Positions 29,887-39,571 of a stretch of DNA of 64,000 bases are shown here, in pieces. The notes beneath the pieces were generated by a model that was not told the origin of the DNA, made no database searches, and worked only from the letters and a program-made list of their open reading frames with translations. The DNA is taken from positions 166,856 to 230,855 of the IMG/VR virus record IMGVR_UViG_3300029305_003510. One strand, given 5' to 3'. The position numbers were made by a program, and so were the translations under genes. How positions within the stretch are numbered: position 1 is the first letter of the stretch; each line of letters begins with the position of its first letter. Source of the DNA: a virus. Its lineage: Duplodnaviria; Caudoviricetes.

Positions 29887-32640
29887 ATGTATAAACTGGT
29901 ACGATTTGAAGCTACAAATGTAACCGGCTTCTACGCTGGATTGAATAAAAAGACTATTGAGATTGATCTCCGGGATTATGCCGATAAGGATATTTTCGTT
30001 CTTATTGGTGATAATGGTGTCGGAAAATCGACGCTTCTTAGTTTAATCCATCCTTGGGGTTCTCCTACTGATGGTAGAAATAAGTTCATTCTCTCTGGTA
30101 AAGAAGGTGTTATCAAGCGTGAATATATCGGAGATGATGGAACGACTCTTATTTCCAAATGTGTATATTCACCGAAAAAAGGTGAAGGTCACGTTGGTAA
30201 GTATTTTTTGGAACTCACAAGAGAAGATGGTGAGAAAGTTGAATTAAATCCGAATGGTAATCTTTCTTCTTATCAGAGTCTTCTTTATACATACTTTGGA
30301 ATCAATAAGGATTTCTTATCCTTTGCATCATATAATACAGCTGTATCAAGCATTGTTAATATGACCGATTCAGAGAGAAAAGCGGCTGTAGATTCTCTTA
30401 TCCCTAATGTGAAACGATATGAAGTAGCATATGGGATTTTAAATGAGAAGTATAAAGAGCTCAATACAATGATTCGAAATATTGCTCAGAAGATTGTATC
30501 TTTAAGAGATGAGGAATCTCTGGAAGCTGATTTCAAAAGACTTACTGATGAGATGCAAAAATTTACTGAAGAGCGAGAAGATCGAATTAAGAAACTTTCT
30601 AAAATGGAAGGGCGTTTAAGAGAACTTACTTCTGGTTCTGATGTAGATGAGATGATTGATCGATACAATGCAATGGTCGTAAACCTTGCATCGTTTGATA
30701 GCGAAATTGATCGCATCTATGCGGATTTGATGAGAGTATATGATAAACTGGGTATAGAGCCTGAACGGAATGGTAGTATCAACTTCAAAGGTATTGACTC
30801 TATCTCGTCTAATATCATGAAGTATGAAAGAAAAATAGCTGCTTCTGAAGGAGCTCTTACTGGGTATAAGAGTCGAATGGAACAGCTCCGTTCTGAATTA
30901 AATCAGACAGAGAACGATATCGGTGAAACGGAATCCGTTCTCTATAGTATCCAAACGCAGGATATCAAAGAGCTTGAGAAGACAAAGAAAGCTTATCTGG
31001 AACAACTGGAGTCTCTTCGATATACCTATATGAAAGATAAGTTCGAAGGAATGACATACGATGAAGCCATACAGTTTTCTCGGGCTATTGTCATTATGGA
31101 TCAGATGATACAGGCTCTATATGATGAGTATGGTGAAATCGCATCTCAATATTTTAGTGCTGATGATTGGTCTGGTTATACCCAATATAGCACTGAGAGA
31201 GTTCAAACTCTGACAGCGACTATTCAAACATCAACAGCAAAGAAAGATCAGATCTATCGGACGCTGATCGAGAAAGAGCAATATCAACAGATTCAATCCA
31301 TTCTGGATAAACGGCCCAGAAACTGTACGATTGATTCTTGTCCATTTATTGCAACAGCATTAAAGTATCAGGGTGTTGTTGGTGAAATCGCATCTCTTCG
31401 TGAACAGTTACAAAATATCTCTATTCAACTGACTGATCTCACGCACGAATGTAGAGATGCCGAGAAAGCTGTAGCTATTCATAGTGATGCACAAAAACTT
31501 ATCCAATACCTACAGGGTAATGCAAGCTTGTTGAAGAAATATCTTGGTATTAATGAGCTTAAACCCCTCTATAAGGCTATTGGGAATGGAACTTGGGGGA
31601 ATCTTCTTGATATCATGAAGATTAAAGAGACTGCAGCAATTCTGTCAGAGAAAGAGTTGTATCTTCAGATTACAAGACAGCGAATTCCTGAGATTGATCA
31701 CGCAATAGAACTTGCAAAGGTATATGGAACTAATAGAGATTTATTAATGCATCAGTTAGATAGATTGAATCATACCCGACAGATACTGAGAGATGAACTC
31801 AATCTTCACAAGATGCATATCTCAATCAGTGAACAGCAGATGGATCGATATACAAAAACTTTATCTCTCTGGAGAAGAGTGTCTGATAATGTCGATAGAT
31901 ATAGAAGACTTATCACAGAACAACTGGAAACACAGGCTCAAGTCAATGAGCAAGATGAGAAGATCAAAAAGATTAAGGAGTTGATAGATAAATGCAAAGA
32001 GCAGAAGTCTTATATCAGAGAGCTTGATGATCTTATTCGTGCTCGTAACCCTAAACGAGAACAAGTTAAATTGGATCTAGATGCGGTTCGGAGACTGAAG
32101 ATTGAGAAACTTGAAGTAGAACGAGATTTTACAGTGATCAATGTTATTCGTTCTATTGTGGCTCCTGGTAAAATGATTCGCAGAGAACTGATCGATATCT
32201 ATATGTATGATATCTGTACGATTGCCAATCAGCTGCTGTTGAATACGTTTGATGGGAAGCTATATCTAAAAGAGTTCTTGATTTCTGATAAACAGTTCAC
32301 AATACCGTATGTTTATAACGGTAGTGAGGGTACAGATATCTCATATGCATCTTCGTCACAGCAGTCTACAATTGCATCAGCAATCAGCTTAGCGATACTT
32401 TCAAAGCTTGTAGATAAATATGGTATCTATACAACAGATGAACAAGATGGCCCTCTTAATCCAAAGAATAAGGGTGCATTTGTCCATATTCTAACAAGTC
32501 AGATGAAGTATGTAGGTATCAATCAGGCATTCATTATTACACAGGAACCTTCGTACTATGAGCCGTATGATCCATGTTTCCTCCAGTTCCCCGGCGGTGA
32601 GTTAAAGGGTAAAAACTTGGATGTTGTTAAAATTGAATAA
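29887..32640 (+). CDS. SbcC/Rad50-like SMC ATPase
   Basis: Walker A GDNGVGKST; long coiled coils; central CTIDSCPF hook; signature ASSSQ; Walker B TTDEQDG. Confidence 0.9.
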   Translation: MYKLVRFEATNVTGFYAGLNKKTIEIDLRDYADKDIFVLIGDNGVGKSTLLSLIHPWGSPTDGRNKFILSGKEGVIKREYIGDDGTTLISKCVYSPKKGEGHVGKYFLELTREDGEKVELNPNGNLSSYQSLLYTYFGINKDFLSFASYNTAVSSIVNMTDSERKAAVDSLIPNVKRYEVAYGILNEKYKELNTMIRNIAQKIVSLRDEESLEADFKRLTDEMQKFTEEREDRIKKLSKMEGRLRELTSGSDVDEMIDRYNAMVVNLASFDSEIDRIYADLMRVYDKLGIEPERNGSINFKGIDSISSNIMKYERKIAASEGALTGYKSRMEQLRSELNQTENDIGETESVLYSIQTQDIKELEKTKKAYLEQLESLRYTYMKDKFEGMTYDEAIQFSRAIVIMDQMIQALYDEYGEIASQYFSADDWSGYTQYSTERVQTLTATIQTSTAKKDQIYRTLIEKEQYQQIQSILDKRPRNCTIDSCPFIATALKYQGVVGEIASLREQLQNISIQLTDLTHECRDAEKAVAIHSDAQKLIQYLQGNASLLKKYLGINELKPLYKAIGNGTWGNLLDIMKIKETAAILSEKELYLQITRQRIPEIDHAIELAKVYGTNRDLLMHQLDRLNHTRQILRDELNLHKMHISISEQQMDRYTKTLSLWRRVSDNVDRYRRLITEQLETQAQVNEQDEKIKKIKELIDKCKEQKSYIRELDDLIRARNPKREQVKLDLDAVRRLKIEKLEVERDFTVINVIRSIVAPGKMIRRELIDIYMYDICTIANQLLLNTFDGKLYLKEFLISDKQFTIPYVYNGSEGTDISYASSSQQSTIASAISLAILSKLVDKYGIYTTDEQDGPLNPKNKGAFVHILTSQMKYVGINQAFIITQEPSYYEPYDPCFLQFPGGELKGKNLDVVKIE

Positions 32641-32683
32641 ATAAAGAGAGAATGGGTAGATATTTAAAGTCTGCCCATTCTCA

Positions 32684-32718
32684 TTTCCGATTTGAGAGAA
32701 CTTCTAAGTATATACTAT
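32684..32718 (+). promoter_or_regulatory. Early-type bipartite promoter
   Basis: TTTCCGATTT-N15-TATATACTAT directly after a terminator. Confidence 0.7.
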
Positions 32719-32774
32719 AATTGTGAAGATATAATCTTCAATAGTAAAGAAATATAAAATTGGAGGTAATATAA

Positions 32775-33920
32775 ATGAGTTGGACGTTTAATACTGATAA
32801 GGTTATTTTCAAAGAGTGGGTTGAGGCTGACGATCCCAACATCTTTCGGTTCCATATCAGCCATACAGATCTTGATGGTTATGGCTGTCAGGTTGTTTCT
32901 CAGTGCGCATTAAGATCTATCAACATCATTAAGTATCCCGTCGTTTTCTCCAATGTCCGTCCCGGGTGTGATTATGAAGTTATCGATGACTTCTTACGCT
33001 CTGAGAAGACTCGCCCCTATATTAAGGGTGAAAGTCAGTTATTCATTCTCATTAGCGATCTTGGTTCTATCGATCTTTCCTATTATGCTGCTATGATTGA
33101 TGCTGGTCATATCATTCGACTGATTGTTGTCGATCATCATGTAACTACATTCAAAAACATGACCGATGAGGATGTACATAAAGGTTACACAATGACATAT
33201 TTCGGAACAAGTGTAATGTCTTCTACATTACAGATGTGGCATTTGTTGCTCTGGTCTAAAATTAATATTAACAGTAAAGTTATAGGACCACTTAAAGCCT
33301 ACTGTCAGGCTGTGTCCAAATATGACACCGGAGACTGGGATAATGAATGGTACGAACGGAATAAGTCGGAACGTAATGTAATGTTTAAGTATATTCCTAC
33401 GGAAATCTATGAACAGCTTCGGTTCATCGCATATCGTAAGAATAAGAAGATAAATATGTACATACACGATATGGTATACTTCCTTGCCGTTAAGAAACCT
33501 TCTGGGCTCACAGTCAAGAATATTGACATTCGCAGAGAGCATGATAATCTCTGCGAAGAGTATGAACGCTTTATTTCAAATATTATTGACTTTACGAAAA
33601 GTAAACCTACGGTTCCTGTGTTGTCATATACCAACCATGAAGGTATTGTTTGTGATATGTATGTACCAAACTATGTGGTTAAAGGAGTTATTATTAATTC
33701 TCCTGAGGAAGATTATAACTACTTCAGTTTGATATCTTCTCGTGTCTTAGAATATGGATATGACGACATCAATGAAGATATTGATATTCTGATTCTCATT
33801 AACCACGTTCGTCATAATATCGAACTGCGTACAGATAGGGATGATCTTAATCTCGCTAGAATCGCGAAGCTGAATGGTGGAGGCGGTCATCCCAAGGCTG
33901 CTGGATTTCCTATTAAATAA
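32775..33920 (+). CDS. DHH/DHHA1 phosphoesterase (NrnA/NrnB-like)
   Basis: SHTDLDG, ISDL, VDHH, GGGGHPKAAG. Confidence 0.85.
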   Translation: MSWTFNTDKVIFKEWVEADDPNIFRFHISHTDLDGYGCQVVSQCALRSINIIKYPVVFSNVRPGCDYEVIDDFLRSEKTRPYIKGESQLFILISDLGSIDLSYYAAMIDAGHIIRLIVVDHHVTTFKNMTDEDVHKGYTMTYFGTSVMSSTLQMWHLLLWSKININSKVIGPLKAYCQAVSKYDTGDWDNEWYERNKSERNVMFKYIPTEIYEQLRFIAYRKNKKINMYIHDMVYFLAVKKPSGLTVKNIDIRREHDNLCEEYERFISNIIDFTKSKPTVPVLSYTNHEGIVCDMYVPNYVVKGVIINSPEEDYNYFSLISSRVLEYGYDDINEDIDILILINHVRHNIELRTDRDDLNLARIAKLNGGGGHPKAAGFPIK

Positions 33921-33938
33921 CCGAGAGGATGATATCAT

Positions 33939-34073
33939 GTGATCAAGCGTTTGTTAAACTGGATCTATATGTGGTTACATCCACCCTGCGAGAACTGTGA
34001 ACATAGTCTTTCCATTAGCAACCATAGTTTGTGCTACGAATGTAAGCGATATAACAAGTTTGAACCAAGATAG
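33939..34073 (+). CDS. Small Cys-rich protein (44 aa)
   Basis: GAGAGG RBS; GTG start; CENC and CYEC motifs. Confidence 0.45.
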   Translation: MIKRLLNWIYMWLHPPCENCEHSLSISNHSLCYECKRYNKFEPR

Positions 34074-34118
34074 TCAAGTAAGAAAGAGGGAGGCGTTGTG
34101 CCTCCCTCTATTCTTTCT

Positions 34119-34457
34119 TTATTTCTTTTTCTTCTTCCAATCATATGGGAACTGTCCATGGCGATAACTCTCACGTATAAGAGTCAACTGCTTACTGTTA
34201 TGGATATGATAGATATATTTATCATATACCCACATATCTTTCCCGTTGATTTGTTCACGCCAGTGAATAGTCATATTGAAACTACCTGTAGGTATATCTC
34301 TCACTTTACCCTCAATCAGAAGATTATCCGTCCTCTTAAAGGTCTTCATCAGCAAAGATATATCCTCAGGTCTTTTACCGGTTTTGATCCATTTGTTTGC
34401 CCACTTAGAAACTCTCCATCTCCAGTATCGGAATCGTAGTGAATTCTCAGGTATCAT
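34119..34457 (-). CDS. Hypothetical basic protein
   Basis: AAGGAG RBS; 112 aa. Confidence 0.6.
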   Translation of the reverse strand: MIPENSLRFRYWRWRVSKWANKWIKTGKRPEDISLLMKTFKRTDNLLIEGKVRDIPTGSFNMTIHWREQINGKDMWVYDKYIYHIHNSKQLTLIRESYRHGQFPYDWKKKKK

Positions 34458-34484
34458 GCATTTTCATTCTCCTTATTCAATTTT

Positions 34485-36589
34485 TTATACAGCATATTTA
34501 GGTGCTATTACATTACAATCTTCAGTCAGATATTTTGTATTAGCGATATTGGTCAGAAGATACTGAGTCAACAAAAAGTCCTTACTCATATCACGCATAC
34601 ATTTACCTTGCATATTAAGAACGTATGCATTAGAATTGATATATCTTTCTGCATCTTCATTCGACTCTTTTGACCAACATGCTTTTACAGATACAGTATC
34701 TCCATCGTTATTTGATCCCCATCCGGTAAACGTATCACCATATACCAGATGAGATTTTGTGGACTATCTCTTCACCCTGGGTTCCGTTACTCTCAGGGGA
34801 CCTGCGCTTCGACTTATAGCCGCAACCATAAGCCTACTACTTAGTCTCTACATCCTACTCGGGTACATTCCTGTATCCCTTTCTGACACGGTATTCCCGT
34901 CTGGCCTCTCTCCTTCGGGGGAGAGGCTTCAGGCTCTCTTAGTCATCGCATTCAGCTATTTTAAACCATGTGGAATAGCATAGGTGGGATATTCCTATAC
35001 CTAGCCTTATTATAGATGATACCGTTAGCATATAGAATTCTAGATTCTATACACACCGCTTGTTAGGCGTTCACAGGTGTATTCTTTTGAGGGATTACTC
35101 CCAAAGCGACTCCGAAGGTGATACTATACCTCAAGTCCGCTCCCATCTGGCCAATCATTGTATTACTGAACTGGCCAGTTGCCATGAATACATTCAACGG
35201 ATCTCCTTTGATCACCGGATAGTATTCATAGACTTTATCGCCGATTGTGACAGGTTGTGTCTCATTAGTCGTAGATACAAGAATTCGATACGGATTCTGG
35301 CCGTTTGGATTATCAAGAGGATAACGAGTAATGAACACATGTTTATCACTTGCTACACGTTCTGCTACAATATAGAGTATGTCTGTATAAGTAGCAGCTC
35401 GAGTAAATGTAGTGTTATCCTTATTGAATCTTCCTGTTACAGCCATATTGTATCTCTGACCATTTACATCGAGAGGAGTCTTTACAGGATCAAATCGTGT
35501 ATTCGGTGAATTAATAAACTTATTTATCATTCCTGTAATCTGGCTCTCATCATAAGACTCTGTGAAAGTTGTATAGGCTATATTCCCGTCTTGTCCAATC
35601 ACTGGAACTTTACCACCCTGGATAAACTGTGCTTCAAAATATGCTTTCAGTTCATGTACCATAAACGGCATAAAGAGTGAGCAAATGTATGCAAGAGGAA
35701 TAGTAGCATAACCAAACTTCACCTGTACGCGGTCAAGAGAAGTCTTATTTAAATTCGGTGCAGTAATGACAAGACGTGCCGTGTATGGAAGATTCTTACC
35801 CGCCATTGAACGACGAAGCATACCGAACTTAGAAGGCTGACCTTTAACTGTCTTTATCATCAACTCCTGATAGATATCTACCAGAAGTGTCTGTACACGA
35901 GCTTGTGTGATACGGGTCATGCCAGAAAATGTATCCGTATACTGCGAGATAGACTGCGTATAAGAAATGATGTTATTATATTTGCTATTGATGATATTGG
36001 AACTCTTGGACGAGCTTGTAGTAGAAATATTGATATCTCTGTAGAACGGAGGAATCACCGGGAACTTTGTGCAGAAAAGTTTATCTCGGGAATTCTCAAA
36101 GAACTTCTGAATTTCTTTAGTAGTTTCAGTGGTTTTCTCTCTAACTTTAACTTTACCCCAAATCTTGTAAAGAAACTCAGGACCGGAATCGCCATTTTCA
36201 TCTTCAACCAGAGCACCTTCAGTGGTGAGCTTATACTTACCACGAGCATACAGAACATCACAAAGAGTTCTGTCATATGCGGCAAGCTTTACTGCAGCCA
36301 GCGGATACATATAGTGCCCATGAAGATCAATGTAGGCGAAACGGTTTCGTCGATCATATTGAGAAATACCAAAGATCTCATTACTGAGGATACCATCTGA
36401 CGTATATGCTTGCCGATCAAGCATAACTGCGTTTGTACATTCCTGTAGATTGTTTACACGTACAAACTTCTCTACATCCAAAAGATTAGTCCAAAGACCT
36501 TTTTGTGAAGGTTTTGATACTGCAGTTGCCTCATCTAAAGTGTCAGATGGCGACATTTCATATTTCAAACGTCCAATACCGACGGCCAA
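34485..36589 (-). CDS. RNA polymerase beta'-like catalytic subunit (probably virion RNAP), spliced: join(36589..35133, 34707..34485), 559 aa
   Basis: AYIDLHGH, FPVIPPFYR, KFGMLRRSMAGKNLPYTARLVIT, ITRYPL; joining GAC TT to C GAT GGA GAT restores GADFDGD; exon 2 is open for 74 further codons to TAA. Confidence 0.85.
34708..35132 (-). ncRNA. Group I self-splicing intron, 425 nt, no ORF
   Basis: R element GUAGAGACUAA (34851-34841); S element GAAGAGAUAGUCC (34773-34761); IGS at 35125-35106 pairs with both exons; U.G pair at the 5' splice site; P9 hairpin at about 34754-34715. Confidence 0.85.
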
Positions 36590-36675
36590 CGTCTATCACC
36601 TCTCTTATTGTTAGTTTATATACTTGTCGACCAAAATAAGAGTGGGAGGGGTTAGAACTCCCCTCCCAACTCCAT

Positions 36676-37062
36676 TTATTCAACATCGTCCATATCGGAA
36701 TCCTCATCGGGTTCGATCTCAGATACTTCTGCTACGAGATGTTTATCTCGTACTTTTAGCTTCACCTTATACCGCTTAGAGCCGTATCGGACAATCTCTT
36801 TGTTACAGAGCTCCTTTACTTCTTTAGCAGTATTCTTACTGTAAAAAGTGACTGCGATCGATTCCCCATCATTATACATTGCTTCTACATCATCCGGATG
36901 GATATCTGCTTCCATCAAAACAGTGTAAACACAATAGCATAGGGGTGTCGTATCATGGAGGGACTTTTTCATATTTTGCATGGTGAGTGCATCTACATCT
37001 CCTCCAGACATCAGATTCAATAAGAATTCCGGACGGGTTACATTAAGTTTGTGTCTTTTCAC
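36676..37062 (-). CDS. Hypothetical protein
   Basis: 128 aa in the baseplate operon. Confidence 0.65.
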   Translation of the reverse strand: MKRHKLNVTRPEFLLNLMSGGDVDALTMQNMKKSLHDTTPLCYCVYTVLMEADIHPDDVEAMYNDGESIAVTFYSKNTAKEVKELCNKEIVRYGSKRYKVKLKVRDKHLVAEVSEIEPDEDSDMDDVE

Positions 37063-37253
37063 CGTCTCATCCTTCTTTGTTGTAGATTCTGCTGAGTACG
37101 CTGACGTTTACCTTCAAGCTCTGCCTGCAGACGAGCATTTTCCTGACGCCGAGCGATTTCTTTCAGCTTAGGCTGGAACTTCTCTATCTCATCAAAAAGA
37201 CCGCGTATCGGCATTCCAGTAATTTCTTCAAATGTATAATAGTCCCGAAGCAT
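37059..37253 (-). CDS. Small tail/baseplate assembly protein; possibly the -1 frameshift extension of the upstream gene
   Basis: YTFEEITGMP motif; frame open upstream to 37379. Confidence 0.5.
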   Translation of the reverse strand: MLRDYYTFEEITGMPIRGLFDEIEKFQPKLKEIARRQENARLQAELEGKRQRTQQNLQQRRMRR

Positions 37254-37324
37254 TGTATGCGCATTATATGCCAGTGTGAAATACTCCCTCTCGGTCTTTT
37301 TGACTTTCTCTACCCACGCATCTA

Positions 37325-39028
37325 TCAGCTTTCGGGATTGTTCAGATAACTGCTGACCGTGGTGTGGTAAAAAAGCAGATCAAGGAGTCCTTCATAAGCA
37401 ATGTCTTTTACGACCTGCTTACAATGAGGACAGGTGACTTCACGGATGCCGAACTTGGGTTCAATGACATCTTTATTCATATCATTAACTTCACGGTTGA
37501 TCTTTTCCAAATCTTCCTGGGCCAGCAGCTGAAGAGCCTGATAGTTCTGGAAGATATTAGCAGCCGTTACATCATTGGGGAGCTTGATCTTCCGTACCAT
37601 ATTCAGCAACTGGAGCATAGACTCAAAGCGATGTGCATCAGCGGCAGTCATATTCTGACTATAGCTTTGGAAGGAACGGATACAACGAATCAGTTCTGCA
37701 TAGGAAGGATGACCAATGGTAACTTCGATACCAATGGAGGTGTATACTGTACGGTTACGAGACATCAGAGAGTATGCTTCAATATTAGGAGCATTCTCAA
37801 TCTGGATACGACGCTCCTGCATATCATCCATATTGATCAGAAGATCATTGGGACGGCTGGTAATACGAAACGCCTTACCACATTCGGTACAGTTAGCGAC
37901 AGTCTCAACAGTCTTCATAGTAGCGCAGATATGACCAAATGCCAGAATCATGAAGTCTCTGTGATGGATCATATTCGCTAGATCACGAGGATCAACCCTA
38001 GGACTGGTACCAGTGACGTTCTTAATAATAGTTCTCATCTGCTCCAGCTGATAATCATAGGTAGTCATATTCTGATCTACGTTCATGTACAGATTTGTCA
38101 GATCAACTACACCAGTACCAACAATGTCACAAGTGAAACCGCTGTTGGGAAGAACGACAGTAACCTTACCAAACTTATCCTTCTTGAACTTCGTGATAGC
38201 ATTCAGAAATGCCTGATCGCCAAGAGGCTGGTTGTTGCGCTTGCGGCCAGAATCGGTGATTTCCACAACAGGATCACGAATCGTTTTGACAACATTAGCG
38301 TCAGATTCAGGAAGAGTGACGACTTCCATCTCACGGATAAACTGACCATACTCGGCATCATTGGGATTAGGATCAGTTTCTTTCTTCTCATCAGTGGAAG
38401 GAGATTCGTCCTCATCGACTTCATCCTCACTGTAAGCGGGCATAAGATCATAAGGATCAATCTCAGGATCAGTAGAACGGCGACTATCCTTCTTACGCTC
38501 AGCCAGACTGATCTGATCATAAGTCACAGTACCAGAAGGCTGGCTGGTAGTATTACCGAGAAGCTCTTCACGAGCTTCTTCATCAGCCAGTGTTGCATCA
38601 GCACGTTCAAGACGATCTTCCTCTGCAGCCATAGCTTCCTGGAACATTGCCATAGTCTCCTGCTGCTTAGCAGTCTGCTGTTCATGGAAACGTCTATTCT
38701 CCTGAGCAAACTGCTCCTGTACAACATCGATCTTCTTACCACCAGAAGTATCAATACCCATGGCGGCTACATCTTCAGCGGACAGAATCTGCTGACCGCC
38801 ACCGGGAATGATAGGAATCGGATTCGTAGTAGGAGTAGATACAGGGCGAACTACAACGGGTTCTACGGACTTAGGAATTTCATCCAGAGGTGTTGCAATG
38901 GGAGGGATGGGTTTTGTATCGGAAAGTACCATACGCTCCGGATCTACCGCAGTACCGGTAGCATTTTCAAGCATTGCTGCCGGATCAGGGATCTGCTTTC
39001 CGGTCATGCTGCTCAGATTCTCATTCAT
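37325..39028 (-). CDS. Baseplate hub assembly / tail assembly chaperone-like protein (T4 gp26/gp51-like C-half)
   Basis: VVLPNSG, CTECG, CPHC, terminal LLF; disordered acidic N-half. Confidence 0.55.
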   Translation of the reverse strand: MNENLSSMTGKQIPDPAAMLENATGTAVDPERMVLSDTKPIPPIATPLDEIPKSVEPVVVRPVSTPTTNPIPIIPGGGQQILSAEDVAAMGIDTSGGKKIDVVQEQFAQENRRFHEQQTAKQQETMAMFQEAMAAEEDRLERADATLADEEAREELLGNTTSQPSGTVTYDQISLAERKKDSRRSTDPEIDPYDLMPAYSEDEVDEDESPSTDEKKETDPNPNDAEYGQFIREMEVVTLPESDANVVKTIRDPVVEITDSGRKRNNQPLGDQAFLNAITKFKKDKFGKVTVVLPNSGFTCDIVGTGVVDLTNLYMNVDQNMTTYDYQLEQMRTIIKNVTGTSPRVDPRDLANMIHHRDFMILAFGHICATMKTVETVANCTECGKAFRITSRPNDLLINMDDMQERRIQIENAPNIEAYSLMSRNRTVYTSIGIEVTIGHPSYAELIRCIRSFQSYSQNMTAADAHRFESMLQLLNMVRKIKLPNDVTAANIFQNYQALQLLAQEDLEKINREVNDMNKDVIEPKFGIREVTCPHCKQVVKDIAYEGLLDLLFYHTTVSSYLNNPES

Positions 39029-39044
39029 TATTTATTCCTCCTTG

Positions 39045-39440
39045 TTATACCGTCTTCGGTAATATTTGAGTTGCCAATTTATCGGAATCCGACGAAGCCT
39101 GCAGTCGGAATTCCTGATTGTCAATCATACAATCCATATAGATGATAAGGATTTGATCCTGAAAAATTGCCACTATATTTAGTGGCACAATGTCTGTATA
39201 AGCATACAACTGTTCAACAATCTTTGCCTCATACTCGGTGTCCCTCTCACCGTTTACATGAGGCCTCTTGGCTCTGGTTGTAATATCCAGACCCATGTTC
39301 TTCTCATAGTCATCAGTGCCAGGAACCATATAGAGTAATCGCTGAAAAGTGTTGCAAATACTCTCTCCATTTCTGGAGACAATGGCTTCTCCGGTGCGAG
39401 TAGTCATGCGAAACGTAAGGTCGCTTTTGGATAGCTTCAC
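39045..39440 (-). CDS. Baseplate wedge gp25-like protein
   Basis: 131 aa; RLLYMVPGT...MGLDI pattern; GACA-N6-TA upstream at 39482-39471. Confidence 0.5.
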   Translation of the reverse strand: MKLSKSDLTFRMTTRTGEAIVSRNGESICNTFQRLLYMVPGTDDYEKNMGLDITTRAKRPHVNGERDTEYEAKIVEQLYAYTDIVPLNIVAIFQDQILIIYMDCMIDNQEFRLQASSDSDKLATQILPKTV

Positions 39441-39571
39441 TTGGGATTCACCCCTCTTCTTTTATGAAGTTATACTGATGTCGCCCTAATCTTTTATGAT
39501 TAGAAAAAGAATTAGAGTATGAAAATTTCAGGGACATTCATATAATGTTAATTAAGAAGAGGTGAAAACGC

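Noticed and set aside
34729-34745. Alternative 3' splice site near GGT GAT ACG, which also pairs with the IGS
   Set aside because: It lies within the P9 hairpin and no junction there restores DxDGD
35063-35132. ORF-track C-terminus of the RNAP gene (LRYSITFGVALG...) or a pseudogene call
   Set aside because: This is read-through into the group I intron; splicing restores the catalytic motif
34708-35132. Intein or group II intron interpretation
   Set aside because: In-frame stops exclude an intein; there is no GUGYG 5' end or domain V, while group I R/S elements and an IGS are present
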